From assembly GCA_947499715.1 (NCBI GenBank), contig CANMPL010000008.1:56507-120506 (forward strand): a DNA stretch of 64,000 nt, written 5' to 3'. This stretch comes from an uncultured Rhodobacteraceae bacterium. Its GTDB lineage: Bacteria > Pseudomonadota > Alphaproteobacteria > Rhodobacterales > Rhodobacteraceae. Positions 30,886-40,362 of this stretch are shown piece by piece; positions within the stretch are counted from its first letter, which is position 1; each line of letters opens with the position of its first letter. The translations under genes and the position numbers were made by a program. The notes beneath the pieces are model-generated. The model did not search any database, was not told the origin of the DNA, and saw only the letters and a list, made by a program, of their open reading frames with translations.

Positions 30886-32025
30886 ATGCGCAACTCAACC
30901 CGTGGCGACGTCGATCCCTTCATTGTGATGGATGTGATGGAAGCCGCGCGCGCCGCAGAGGCCGCAGGCCGCCACATCATCCACATGGAGGTGGGACAGC
31001 CCGGCACCGGCGCACCGGCCGCCGCCCGCGCCAAACTGGCCGGCGACCTGTCCGACCCGCTTGGCTATACCGTTGGCCTTGGCCTGCCAAAGCTGCGCGC
31101 CCGCATCGCACAACACTACGCGGATTGGTATGACGTTGATCTTGATCCCGCGCGCGTTGTCGTGACCTCGGGTGCTTCGGGGGCCTTCCTGCTGGCCTTC
31201 TCGGCGCTCTTTGACAATGGCGAACGCGTGGGCCTTGGTCTGCCCGGCTATCCGTCCTACCGCCAGATCCTGCGCGCGGTGGGCCTGAACGCCATTGGCA
31301 TCCCCACCGATGCTACAACCCGGTTTCAACCGCAACCCGGTGACGTAGCAGCCCATGATCTTGCAGGCCTGATCGTCGCCTCCCCGGCCAATCCCACCGG
31401 CACCATGCTGGACCTGCCCGAGATCGCGGCGCTCGCGGCGGCCTGCGCAGATCACGATGCGGCGCTGATCTCGGATGAGATCTATCACGGCATCACCTAT
31501 GACCGCCCGCAGGTGACCGCCCTTCAAGCCACCGATGACGTCTATGTGGTCAATTCGTTTTCGAAATATTTCGCCATGACCGGCTGGCGTGTCGGCTGGA
31601 TGATCGTGCCCGACGACCACATCCGCCGGGTCGAACGCCTTGCCCAGAACATGTTCATCTGCGCGCCCCACGCCGCCCAAAGGCTAGCACTCCATGCCTT
31701 TGACGCGACATCGGAATGCGCCGCCAATCTGGCGACATATGCTGCCAACCGCGACATCGTCATCGCCGGGCTTAGGTCCGCTGGTTTCACCACCCTCGCC
31801 CCGCCGGATGGGGCGTTCTATGTCTATGCCGACGTCTCTGCCTTTACCGATGACAGCCTCGCCTTTGCCGCCGATATCCTGGACCGCGCGGGCGTCGCCG
31901 TGACCCCCGGCCTCGACTTTGACCCTGATCGCGGGCACCATTGGCTGCGGTTTTCCTATGCGGGCACCACCGCCGATATGACCCTCGGCATGGACCGCCT
32001 TGCAACCTACATGGCGTCCCGATGA
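30886..32025 (+). CDS. Pyridoxal-phosphate-dependent aminotransferase (class I/II)
   Basis: The NSFSKYFAMTGWRVG block contains the PLP lysine. 379 aa. Confidence 0.88.
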   Translation: MRNSTRGDVDPFIVMDVMEAARAAEAAGRHIIHMEVGQPGTGAPAAARAKLAGDLSDPLGYTVGLGLPKLRARIAQHYADWYDVDLDPARVVVTSGASGAFLLAFSALFDNGERVGLGLPGYPSYRQILRAVGLNAIGIPTDATTRFQPQPGDVAAHDLAGLIVASPANPTGTMLDLPEIAALAAACADHDAALISDEIYHGITYDRPQVTALQATDDVYVVNSFSKYFAMTGWRVGWMIVPDDHIRRVERLAQNMFICAPHAAQRLALHAFDATSECAANLATYAANRDIVIAGLRSAGFTTLAPPDGAFYVYADVSAFTDDSLAFAADILDRAGVAVTPGLDFDPDRGHHWLRFSYAGTTADMTLGMDRLATYMASR

Positions 32026-33227
32026 TCCGCTTGGCTGCCCTCTTGCTGACGCTCGCCCTGCCCGCCTCGGCGCAGGATTTCTCTGGCCTTGCCCGCATCG
32101 ACATGGCGCAAAGTCAGGTCTTTGACGATGGCCCCGACCTCGTGATCGACCTCGCGCTTAGCCAGACCGTGCCCTACCGCGCCTTCACCTTGGACGACCC
32201 CCGCCGCCTTGTGCTCGACTTCCGCGAGGTTGACTGGCAAGGCGTCAGCCGCTCCGCCCTGCTGAATTCAGACAATGCGCCCGACCTGCGATTTGGCACG
32301 CTGACACCGGGCTGGTCGCGTATGGTGGTTGATCTCTCGGCCCCTTTGATAATCGACACCGCAGGCCTGACCACAGATGCCCAAACCGGCGCGGCACACC
32401 TACAGGTCCGCCTCGTCCCAAGTGATGAGACGACCTACGCCGCCCGCTCTGGCCCGCCGCCAACGGCCACTTGGGACAACGCGCTGCGCACGCCCACCCT
32501 GCCCGCACCGCCCGAAGATGACGGCACATTCGTTGTGATGATTGATCCCGGCCACGGCGGCATCGACCCCGGCGCCGTTCGTGGCGGCGTGATCGAGGCG
32601 AACCTGATGCTGCAACTGGCCATCGAAACCGCCGATGCCTTGAACCGCACCGACCAGATCCGCGCGCTTTTGACCCGCGAAACGGATGTCTTTGTGCCGC
32701 TGAATGACCGCATGTCTTTGGCCCGCGCCGCCGGGGCCGACCTCTTTATCTCGCTCCATGCCGACGCGCTGGAAGAGGATGAAGCCACAGGCGCATCCGT
32801 CTACACCCTTGATGCCGACGGCACCGACCGCGCCGCCCAACGCATGGCCGAACGTCATGAACGCGGCGATCTTCTGGCAGGGCTGGATCTGACCGGTCAG
32901 GACGACCGCGTCGCCACCGTCTTGATGGATATCGCACGGGCCGAAACCGCACCCGCCGCCGACCGCTTTGCCGACGCACTTGTCGCAGCACTGCGCGCAT
33001 CAGGTGCGCGCACCAACAACCGCCCCCGCCGCGAAGGTCCCTTGGCCGTGTTGAACGCTGCTGATTTCCCGTCCGTGCTGGTCGAGGTCGGCTTCCTGTC
33101 CAACGCCGCCGACCGCGACGCGCTCGCCTCACCGGATGGCCGCGCCAAAGTGGTCTCGGCCCTCGTGCAAGCGATCCAGGCCTGGGCCGCCGACGAAGCC
33201 GCCCGCGCACCCTTGATCCGTCAGTAA
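32022..33227 (+). CDS. amiC: N-acetylmuramoyl-L-alanine amidase (AmiC-type, with an AMIN-like N-domain)
   Basis: Signal peptide MIRLAALLLTLALPASA. Amidase_3 motifs IDPGHGGIDPGA, SLHADA and VLVEVGFLSN. The ATG at 32022 overlaps the upstream TGA. Confidence 0.9.
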   Translation: MIRLAALLLTLALPASAQDFSGLARIDMAQSQVFDDGPDLVIDLALSQTVPYRAFTLDDPRRLVLDFREVDWQGVSRSALLNSDNAPDLRFGTLTPGWSRMVVDLSAPLIIDTAGLTTDAQTGAAHLQVRLVPSDETTYAARSGPPPTATWDNALRTPTLPAPPEDDGTFVVMIDPGHGGIDPGAVRGGVIEANLMLQLAIETADALNRTDQIRALLTRETDVFVPLNDRMSLARAAGADLFISLHADALEEDEATGASVYTLDADGTDRAAQRMAERHERGDLLAGLDLTGQDDRVATVLMDIARAETAPAADRFADALVAALRASGARTNNRPRREGPLAVLNAADFPSVLVEVGFLSNAADRDALASPDGRAKVVSALVQAIQAWAADEAARAPLIRQ

Positions 33228-33229
33228 GC
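33189..33229 (+). repeat. Left copy of a perfect 41-bp direct repeat (last 12 codons plus the stop of amiC)
   Basis: GCCGACGAAGCCGCCCGCGCACCCTTGATCCGTCAGTAAGC, identical to 34045-34085 when compared base by base. Confidence 0.95.
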
Positions 33230-34044
33230 CGTCTACCCCGGCGCTAGAGTTGTAGGTGAATATGGTCGTCGTGGCGTGCGGCCCGGCACCCTTGAAATCT
33301 GATCTTTGGACTTTCCGCTTGGAGGCGGGATTTCAAATGCGGTTCGATGAAAACCTTTCCGACACGTTCGTCATCGCTCAGCAACCGTAATGCCGTCGCC
33401 ATGCGTTGCGGTTCCAATTCATAGTCCGGCCAAAAGCGCTGCAACCACGCCAAATCCCACCTCAAGGTCAGGAAGTTGTCAGGGCAGTCCGTTGGGCCCT
33501 CCTCAAACGCGAAATACCCAATCGGCGATCTTGCCGTTTCGGACACATATCCATCGAGGTCCTTGTAGTAGAATGCCAAATCAACCTTGCGACCATCGTT
33601 GTGCGACAGATGTGGAAGCAGTGGAAATCCCGAAATGAATGGGAAATTCGCGTCCAGAATAAGGGTCGTCGTCTGCGGAAACTCCTGCTCCATGGTCTCC
33701 GCAAAATCTTGCAAAACGGCCTCAAGCTCTGGCGTGACATATTGACGGTTCAATACGCAATAAAGCTTCGATTTCATGCGGTAGCTCTCGTCAGAGACGC
33801 AAGGAATTGGCTCCCGTCCAAACATGGGTGCAACAAAAAGCGCCCCGATCGCCAACGCCGAATAGACCAAGAGAAATGCGACCAACCGCCTTCGAAAGCA
33901 AATCGCGCATAGCCATGCCAGGCCACCTAACTGTGTCAGGAGCGTCAGAAAAAGAACGATGAACACATGAAGGACAACTCGAACCATCTTACCTCATTAC
34001 CGCAAAGGGCCGTCGCGATGCCGGAGGATCCTCACGGTCAAACA
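33230..34044. mobile_element. Putative inserted single-gene cassette bounded by the 41-bp direct repeats
   Basis: Hand counts on two 60-nt lines give about 45-48% GC, against about 70% on a flanking amiC line. It holds one gene with its own RBS. No recombinase gene is present. Confidence 0.45.
33244..33987 (-). CDS. Membrane-anchored LAS-family zinc metallopeptidase, MepA-like (penicillin-insensitive murein endopeptidase-like)
   Basis: Two N-terminal TM helices. HLSHNDGRKVDLAF compares with the E. coli MepA block HASHQTGLDVD, and the C-terminal HDDHIHLQL is an HxH motif. GAGG RBS upstream. Codon usage is AT-rich. Confidence 0.6.
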   Translation of the reverse strand: MVRVVLHVFIVLFLTLLTQLGGLAWLCAICFRRRLVAFLLVYSALAIGALFVAPMFGREPIPCVSDESYRMKSKLYCVLNRQYVTPELEAVLQDFAETMEQEFPQTTTLILDANFPFISGFPLLPHLSHNDGRKVDLAFYYKDLDGYVSETARSPIGYFAFEEGPTDCPDNFLTLRWDLAWLQRFWPDYELEPQRMATALRLLSDDERVGKVFIEPHLKSRLQAESPKIRFQGCRAARHDDHIHLQL

Positions 34045-34085
34045 GCCGACGAAGCCGCCCGCGCACCCTTGATCCGTCAGTAAGC
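34045..34085 (+). repeat. Right, non-coding copy of the 41-bp direct repeat
   Basis: Identical to 33189-33229. It is followed by the 3' end of the convergent DJ-1 family gene. Confidence 0.95.
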
Positions 34086-34105
34086 ACCGAAAGAAGCGTT
34101 GCTTA

Positions 34106-34714
34106 TCAGATAAGGCCCGCCAGCGCCGCAAACGGATCCTGATCCGCATCACTTTGCCACGCATATTCGCATTCTTCAGCCATCTTTTCGGCTGCTTCGC
34201 GACCAAACAGGTTTTCCGCAACGGCCAAAGCCATGTCCATTCCGGCCGAAACCCCAGATGAGGTAAAGAACTTACCGTCCTCCACCCAACGCGCTTTCTT
34301 GACCCAATCAACACCCGGCGCAAGATGCACAGTCTCGTTGAAATCAAGCTTGTTCGTCGTGGCCCGCTTCCCGTCCAGAACACCTGTCATGCCGAGCACC
34401 ACCGTGCCTGTGCAGACCGCCATAACCTTTTCAGCCTTGGCAGAGACATCACGAATCCAATCCATATGCGTGTCATCCACGGCCTCCGTTAACGCAGAAT
34501 CCCCGCCGGGTATGAACAGCAGGTCATAATCGGTGCTCTCCGTCAGCGACCTATCGACGCAAATGCGTTGACCATGCCGGCTGGGCACGGGCTCGGTCCC
34601 TTTAGCGACGGTAATGACCTCGATCTCATCGCGAAAACCGCCCAGCATCTCAATCGGGCCAAAGAAATCCAATGTCTGAAAGCCGGGAAAAACCAGCGCC
34701 GCCATTTTTCGCAT
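34106..34714 (-). CDS. DJ-1/PfpI family protein
   Basis: The nucleophile elbow AVCTG, the LFIPGG motif, and a 202-aa length. Confidence 0.85.
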   Translation of the reverse strand: MRKMAALVFPGFQTLDFFGPIEMLGGFRDEIEVITVAKGTEPVPSRHGQRICVDRSLTESTDYDLLFIPGGDSALTEAVDDTHMDWIRDVSAKAEKVMAVCTGTVVLGMTGVLDGKRATTNKLDFNETVHLAPGVDWVKKARWVEDGKFFTSSGVSAGMDMALAVAENLFGREAAEKMAEECEYAWQSDADQDPFAALAGLI

Positions 34715-34749
34715 GGTTGATCCCTCTGGTCGAAAACGGGGTGACCGTC

Positions 34750-35871
34750 TTACTCCGCCGCCTGCGCGGCTTTTTCAAGTGCGGCGGCCTTCGCCTCGAC
34801 CTGTTCGACGATGTGGTCGACCATCTTGTCATTGTCCATCTTGTGGCTCTGCTTGCCGGCCAGATAGACCATCCCGTTGCCAGCCCCGCCGCCGGTAAAG
34901 CCGACATCCGTCATCAGCGCCTCGCCGGGGCCGTTCACCACACAACCAATGATGCTCAGGCTCATCGGCGTCTTGATATGCTCCAGCCGCTTTTCCAGCG
35001 TCTCAACTGTCTTTATCACGTCAAAGCCCTGACGCGCGCAGCTTGGGCAGGAAATGATATTCACCCCCCGATGCCGCAGCCCCAACGATTTGAGGATCTC
35101 GTAGCCGACCTTGACCTCTTCCACCGGATCCGCACTCAGCGAGACGCGGATCGTATCGCCAATCCCCATCCACAGCAGGTTCCCCAGCCCAATCGCCGAT
35201 TTAATCGTTCCGCTGGTCAGCCCGCCGGCCTCTGTGATGCCAAGGTGAATGGGTGCATCTGTCTGTTCGGCCAACATCTGATAGGCCGCCGCCGCCATGA
35301 AGACATCCGACGCCTTGCAGCTGATCTTGAAGTCGTGAAAATCGTTATCTTGCAACAGCTTGATATGATCCAGACCCGATTCCACCATCGCATCCGGGCA
35401 CGGCTCTCCGTATTTTTCCAGCAGATGCTTTTCCAGCGATCCGGCATTCACGCCAATGCGCATCGAACAATTGTTGTCCACGGCGGCCTTGATGACCTCA
35501 CGCACCCGGCTCTCATCCCCGATATTGCCGGGATTGATCCGCAGACAGGCCGCACCCGCCTCTGCCGCCTCAATCCCGCGCTTATAATGGAAATGAATGT
35601 CCGCCACGATCGGGACCGACACCTCTGGCACGATCTCTTTCAACGCGCGGCTGCTGGCCTCATCCGGGACCGAGATCCGCACGATATCGGCGCCCGCATC
35701 TGTCGCCGCCTGAACCTGCGCAATCGTTCCCTTCACATCCGTCGTCAGCGTGTTGGTCATTGTCTGCACCGTAATCGGCGCATCCCCACCAACCGGAACA
35801 TTGCCCACCATGATCTGGCGGCTTTTGCGGCGTTCAATATGACGCCATGGACGAATTGAATGAAGGGACAT
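34750..35871 (-). CDS. ispG: 4-hydroxy-3-methylbut-2-en-1-yl diphosphate synthase
   Basis: Typical IspG blocks: [28 protein letters not shown] and ISCPSCAR. Confidence 0.97.
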   Translation of the reverse strand: MSLHSIRPWRHIERRKSRQIMVGNVPVGGDAPITVQTMTNTLTTDVKGTIAQVQAATDAGADIVRISVPDEASSRALKEIVPEVSVPIVADIHFHYKRGIEAAEAGAACLRINPGNIGDESRVREVIKAAVDNNCSMRIGVNAGSLEKHLLEKYGEPCPDAMVESGLDHIKLLQDNDFHDFKISCKASDVFMAAAAYQMLAEQTDAPIHLGITEAGGLTSGTIKSAIGLGNLLWMGIGDTIRVSLSADPVEEVKVGYEILKSLGLRHRGVNIISCPSCARQGFDVIKTVETLEKRLEHIKTPMSLSIIGCVVNGPGEALMTDVGFTGGGAGNGMVYLAGKQSHKMDNDKMVDHIVEQVEAKAAALEKAAQAAE

Positions 35872-35952
35872 CGGACGGCCTAACAGGTTGCGTTGCCCAT
35901 AACCTAAGCCTCCGCATAGGCGGGGGCAACGGGCCAGACCGTCGCGGATCGA

Positions 35953-37140
35953 TTATTCAGAGATCGTGACCTCGGCCACATTCACAATCGCGGCAAGATC
36001 ATCGTCTTGGGTCAGATCGGCAACCGCGTAATTTTCAGTCAGGTTATCAACCGACAGCGCCAGGTTTGACGTCACCTGCCCGCGATCACCCGCAGGACCG
36101 TAGGCCGTGCCATTGACCGCGAAATAAAGCGCGCCACTTTCGCCGACCCGCAGCGTCGCAGGCTCTTCTGTGGCGGGCAGATCAAAAGTATCGCCCTTAT
36201 CAAGGATGCCTTCAAAGATCACCGAACCATCCGCTGCGCGCACGCGCACCCATGCTGGGCGCACCGCGAGGATCTGCACTTCCGGCACCGGGCCTTCGTT
36301 GACCTGCGGGATCACCGGTCCGGCCACATTGGCCTCTGCCACGGCTTCGGCCAGCGCCAAATCAACCGTCATCGGCGCAATCGTGCCCACATCATCAGGC
36401 CGTAAGGTCGAAATCGGCGCGTCGCGCGCCACCAATACCGGCACGTCCAGCGCTTGCGGACGATACAAACGGTCCAGCGCCTCTGGCGATGGTGCGGTGA
36501 AATCGGAAGACAGATCTGCCGTCTCTGTCAGTGCGGCAGCACCGGCCAGCGGATCAATATCCGACAAGACAACAGGGGTCTGTTCAACCGGCGCAAACTG
36601 CACCTTTTGCAATTCCTGCAATACCGACCAGCCGCCGTAACCCAAACCGCCAATCAGCGCGACCAGTACCAGCATGGACCCAACAGCACCCGGTTCCACG
36701 CGGGCAAACATCGCCTCGCCTGCGGGCACAAAGGGTGTCGCTGAGGATGCAAAGATATCCTTGCCCTGAAACGGGCTGGCCTGTTCGCGTGGTTGTTTAA
36801 CAGAGCTTGCCGCCGCCGACATGCCGTGCGCCGTGGCAAAACCACTTTCCAGACAGAACGTATCAAACGCCCAATCGGGATCCATGTGCAGATAGCGCGC
36901 ATAGGACCGCACATAGCCTGCGATAAATCCGGGGGTGTCAAAGGCAGAAGGGTCCGCGTTTTCAATCGCCGCGATATAGGCCGCCTTGATCTTCAGCTCG
37001 CGCTGCACATCCAACAGGCTCTTGCCCATCGTCGCCCGCTCACCGCGCATCAAATCGCCAAGACGTAGCTCAAAGGCGTCAAATCCCTTGGATTCAACGT
37101 CCTCAGCAGCCTTCGCGCGTCTGAAGCCTTTAACGATCAT
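35953..37140 (-). CDS. RodZ-like cytoskeleton protein (HTH, TM and a DUF4115-like C-domain)
   Basis: N-terminal HTH (LGDLMRGERATMGKSLLDVQRELKIKAAYIAAIE), a central TM helix (GSMLVLVALIGGLGYGGW), and the conserved rodZ-ispG adjacency. Confidence 0.8.
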   Translation of the reverse strand: MIVKGFRRAKAAEDVESKGFDAFELRLGDLMRGERATMGKSLLDVQRELKIKAAYIAAIENADPSAFDTPGFIAGYVRSYARYLHMDPDWAFDTFCLESGFATAHGMSAAASSVKQPREQASPFQGKDIFASSATPFVPAGEAMFARVEPGAVGSMLVLVALIGGLGYGGWSVLQELQKVQFAPVEQTPVVLSDIDPLAGAAALTETADLSSDFTAPSPEALDRLYRPQALDVPVLVARDAPISTLRPDDVGTIAPMTVDLALAEAVAEANVAGPVIPQVNEGPVPEVQILAVRPAWVRVRAADGSVIFEGILDKGDTFDLPATEEPATLRVGESGALYFAVNGTAYGPAGDRGQVTSNLALSVDNLTENYAVADLTQDDDLAAIVNVAEVTISE

Positions 37141-37252
37141 CGCCGTCCCGTGCCTGTCTCTGTCCCCAGTATTTTCCCCGTACGAATCGTGTCGGGCAAA
37201 ATCATTAACAGCACATTAACACACCCGCAGTCGGAGTGCACATGCCATACGC

Positions 37253-38491
37253 CTACCCAGCCATCTCGGCGCGATTTAGCGCACAGTGGCTCCAAAGCCC
37301 ATCCAGGGCGGAAACAAGCGCATCCATCTCGCCCGGACCATGCACCGGCGAGGGGGTGAATCGCAGGCGTTCAGTCCCCCTTGGCACTGTTGGAAAGTTG
37401 ATCGGCTGGGCGTAAATCCCATGTTCTTCCAGCAGCATATCGGACATCATTTTGGTATGGACAGGATTGCCCACAATGACCGGCACAATGTGGCTGCCAT
37501 GGTCAACAATCGGCAGGCCCAACCCCTTCAGCCGCAGCTTCAGGATCTTCGCCTGCGTCTGGTGCTGGACGCGTAACTCCTGATCCTGCTTCAGAAAAGC
37601 GACACTGGCTGCAGCGCCCGCAGCGACAGCAGGCGGCAGACTTGTGGTAAAGATAAAGCCCGGCGCATAAGACCTTATGGCATCGCACATTTTCGCGCTC
37701 GCGGCGATATAGCCACCCATCACACCATAGGCTTTGGCCAATGTTCCGTTGATGATATCGATCCGTTCCAGCAGCCCGTCGCGCTCTGCCACGCCGCCGC
37801 CGCGCGGGCCGTACATGCCCACCGCGTGAACCTCGTCAATATACGTCAAGGCGCCGAATTCATCGGCCAGATCGCAGAGCTCTTTGATCGGTCCAAAGTC
37901 GCCATCCATCGAATAAATCGACTCAAAAGCAATCAACTTTGGTGCGTCTGAATCGTCCGCTTCCAGCAGTTCGCGCAGATGATCCAGATCGTTATGCCGG
38001 AAAATGCGCTTGGCCCCACCATTGCGCCGCACACCCTCAATCATGCTGGCGTGGTTCAGCGCGTCAGAATAGATAATCAGCCCCGGAAACAGTTTTGGCA
38101 GCGTCGATAACGTGGCGTCATTCGCGATATAAGCACTGGTGAAAAGCAGTGCGGCCTCTTTTTGGTGCAGATCCGCAAGTTCCGCCTCAAGCCGCTTGTG
38201 ATAGACCGTTGTGCCGCTGATATTGCGCGTCCCGCCTGATCCTGCTCCGGTCGCCTCAATCGCTTCATGCATCGCGGCCAGAACAACCGGGTGTTGCCCC
38301 ATGCCCAGATAATCATTGCCGCACCAGACCGTCACCGGTGCTTTGCTGCCGTCGGGCTTGTTCCAGACCGCATGGGGGAATTGGCCGCGCGTCCGCTCAA
38401 TATCAATGAACGTCCGGTAGCGCCCTTCTTCGTGCAGGCGATCCAAAGCGCTGTCCAGCTTGGCAGAATAATCCACTGGCGTTCCCTTCAT
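37253..38491 (-). CDS. hemA: 5-aminolevulinate synthase
   Basis: [31 protein letters not shown] and SMDGD are alphaproteobacterial ALAS hallmarks. The start may instead be the GTG at 38476. Confidence 0.95.
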   Translation of the reverse strand: MKGTPVDYSAKLDSALDRLHEEGRYRTFIDIERTRGQFPHAVWNKPDGSKAPVTVWCGNDYLGMGQHPVVLAAMHEAIEATGAGSGGTRNISGTTVYHKRLEAELADLHQKEAALLFTSAYIANDATLSTLPKLFPGLIIYSDALNHASMIEGVRRNGGAKRIFRHNDLDHLRELLEADDSDAPKLIAFESIYSMDGDFGPIKELCDLADEFGALTYIDEVHAVGMYGPRGGGVAERDGLLERIDIINGTLAKAYGVMGGYIAASAKMCDAIRSYAPGFIFTTSLPPAVAAGAAASVAFLKQDQELRVQHQTQAKILKLRLKGLGLPIVDHGSHIVPVIVGNPVHTKMMSDMLLEEHGIYAQPINFPTVPRGTERLRFTPSPVHGPGEMDALVSALDGLWSHCALNRAEMAG

Positions 38492-38608
38492 CTTGGCAGC
38501 GGCCCGGCAATGCCAAACCTCTCTTGCGGTGTCATATAGGGCGTGACCCGCTGGGGCAACACGCTACAAACTGTCGCTCTTACATACGGTTAAAGTATTC
38601 TCCCGGAT

Positions 38609-38622
38609 TTGATCTGGCTCAA
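38609..38622. promoter_or_regulatory. FNR/FnrL-like box TTGAT-N4-CTCAA in the hemA / M20 peptidase divergent region
   Basis: TTGATCTGGCTCAA has one mismatch to TTGAT-N4-ATCAA. It lies about 120 nt upstream of hemA. Confidence 0.4.
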
Positions 38623-38717
38623 GTCAGGAAAAACAGACCTGACCTCTTGCCGCTCCCCCCCATTGACGCCGCTCTGCATCCGATGTCCCCTGTACCAAAT
38701 AGCCCAAAGGACCCCCC

Positions 38718-40091
38718 ATGACCCTCGCCTCCGTTCTGTCCCGCATCGACACTGACCTTGACGCCGCAACCGACCGCCTACTCGATCTGCTGCGCATCCC
38801 CTCCATTTCGACCGATCCCGCCTATAAGGCCGATTGTGACAAGGCCGCTGACTGGCTGGTGACTGACCTTGAAACCATCGGCTTTACCGCCTCCAAGCGC
38901 CCTACGCCCGGCCACCCGATGGTTGTCGCCCATTACGATGGCCCCGGGCCCCATCTGCTGTTTTATGGCCACTACGACGTGCAACCCGTTGATCCGCTTG
39001 ACCTTTGGGACGCTGACCCCTTTGCCCCCGCCGTTGAGGACACCGCCAAGGGTCGCGTTATCCGGGGCCGTGGGTCCTCCGACGACAAGGGCCAGCTGAT
39101 GACCTTCGTCGAGGCCTGCCGCGCCTGGAAAGCCGAACATGGGCAACTGCCCTGCAAAATCACCATCTTCTTTGAAGGCGAAGAAGAATCCGGCTCCCCC
39201 TCCCTTGTCCCCTTCATGCAGGAAAACGCGGCTGAACTCACCGCCGATGTGGCCCTCATCTGCGACACCGGCCTTTACGGCGACAGCACACCCGCGATCA
39301 TCACGCAACTCCGTGGCCTCCTGGGCGAAGAACTCACGATCACCGGCCCCTCGCTTGACCTGCACTCGGGCATGTATGGCGGCCTCGCGATGAACCCCGC
39401 CCGCGTTTTGGCCAAGGTCATCGCCGCCCTGCATGACGACACCGGCCGCATCACCGTCCCCGATTTTTACGATGGCGTGCCAGAGCTTTCCAATGAACTC
39501 GCCGCGTCTTGGGACGACCTCAAATTCGACCACGCCGCGTTCCTTGGCGATGTGGGCCTCTCCATTCCCGCCGGTGAACAGGGCCGCCGCCCGCTCGAGA
39601 TGATCTGGTCCCGCCCCACCTGCGAGGTCAACGGCATGACATCAGGCTACACCGGCGACGGCTTCAAAACCGTGCTGCCGTCCAAGGCCAGCGCCAAAAT
39701 CAGCTTCCGCCTTGTTGGCACCCAAGACCCACATGCGATCCGCAAGAACTTCCGCGCCATGGTGGAATCGATGATCCCCGCCGATTGCACCGTCGACTGG
39801 GCCGATCATGGCGCCTCACCCGCCGGTCAGATGTCCACCGACAACCCCGCCTTCGCCAAATCCGCCGCGGCCCTCACCGATGAATGGCCCAATGCCGCGG
39901 CTTACGTTGGCTGCGGCGGCTCCATCCCCATCGCGGGCTTCTTCAAATCCGAACTCGATATGGACGCGATGCTGATCGGTTTTGGCAAGGACGACGACGC
40001 GATCCACTCGCCAAACGAAAAATACGACCTCTCAAGCTTCCATAAAGGCACGCGGTCCTGGGCGCGGATCCTGCACGCGCTCACCGCCTGA
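38718..40091 (+). CDS. M20-family dipeptidase/metallohydrolase
   Basis: HYDVQPVD, RGSSDDKGQ and FEGEEESGS are M20 metal-binding and catalytic blocks. Confidence 0.88.
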   Translation: MTLASVLSRIDTDLDAATDRLLDLLRIPSISTDPAYKADCDKAADWLVTDLETIGFTASKRPTPGHPMVVAHYDGPGPHLLFYGHYDVQPVDPLDLWDADPFAPAVEDTAKGRVIRGRGSSDDKGQLMTFVEACRAWKAEHGQLPCKITIFFEGEEESGSPSLVPFMQENAAELTADVALICDTGLYGDSTPAIITQLRGLLGEELTITGPSLDLHSGMYGGLAMNPARVLAKVIAALHDDTGRITVPDFYDGVPELSNELAASWDDLKFDHAAFLGDVGLSIPAGEQGRRPLEMIWSRPTCEVNGMTSGYTGDGFKTVLPSKASAKISFRLVGTQDPHAIRKNFRAMVESMIPADCTVDWADHGASPAGQMSTDNPAFAKSAAALTDEWPNAAAYVGCGGSIPIAGFFKSELDMDAMLIGFGKDDDAIHSPNEKYDLSSFHKGTRSWARILHALTA

Positions 40092-40118
40092 TCCTGCCTG
40101 TCAACGCGGCCCCCCAAT

Positions 40119-40150
40119 GCTTCTTTTGGCCAAAAATATCCCGGGGGGCT
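40119..40150 (-). repeat. Dispersed 3'-end repeat, copy D (second module only, inverted)
   Basis: The reverse complement AGCCCCCCGGGATATTTTTGGCCAAAAGAAGC matches the CCGGCGGGGATATTTTTGAACCAAAGAAAG module. Confidence 0.65.
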
Positions 40151-40226
40151 GCGCTTGCGCAGCGGGGGCTGGCCCCCAAACCGCGCAGGCTGGCCTGCGC
40201 CAAACATCACGCACGCGCTTGCGCGT
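40148..40226. repeat. Array of four short GC-rich hairpins
   Basis: GCTGCGCTTGCGCAGC, GGGGGCTGGCCCCC, GCGCAGGCTGGCCTGCGC and ACGCGCTTGCGCGT. The outer pair shares GCGCTTGCGC and the inner pair shares the loop CTGG. Confidence 0.6.
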
Positions 40227-40250
40227 TCATCATTGAAAATCTTGGAAAAG

Positions 40251-40327
40251 TGGCGCGGTTGACGGGGCTCGAACCCGCGACCCCCGGCGTGACAGGCCGG
40301 TACTCTAACCAGCTGAGCTACAACCGC
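40251..40327 (-). tRNA. tRNA-Asp (GUC), copy 1, CCA encoded
   Basis: The reverse complement GCGGTTGTAGCTCAGCTGGTTAGAGTACCGGCCTGTCACGCCGGGGGTCGCGGGTTCGAGCCCCGTCAACCGCGCCA folds as a cloverleaf. The anticodon loop is CUGUCAC. Confidence 0.95.
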
Positions 40328-40362
40328 GCATCTTATCTTGCAGGGGATCAAAAGGAATGAAG

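Noticed and set aside
33997-34383. A 128-aa minus-strand ORF covering the right 41-bp repeat and overlapping the DJ-1 family gene.
   Set aside because: It is out of frame with and overlaps the well-supported DJ-1/PfpI gene. It has an Arg/Cys/Trp-rich composition and no RBS.
34672-35859. Long ORFs antisense to well-supported genes. Examples: 34672-35859 (+) opposite ispG, 43892-45058 (+) opposite pepA, 45055-45975 (-) opposite lptF, 48056-49102 (-) opposite lptD, 20532-21410 (-) opposite the DUF455 and M23 genes, and 52927-53712 (+) opposite the DUF4167 gene.
   Set aside because: These are typical high-GC shadow ORFs. They are Arg/Gly/His/Pro-rich and carry no recognisable motifs. Each is fully covered by a gene with strong family signatures on the other strand.
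39902-40351. A 149-aa minus-strand ORF spanning the peptidase 3' end, the hairpin array and tRNA-Asp copy 1.
   Set aside because: It runs through a tRNA gene and repeat elements. The PPGYFWPKE stretch is simply the translation of repeat module 2. It is spurious.
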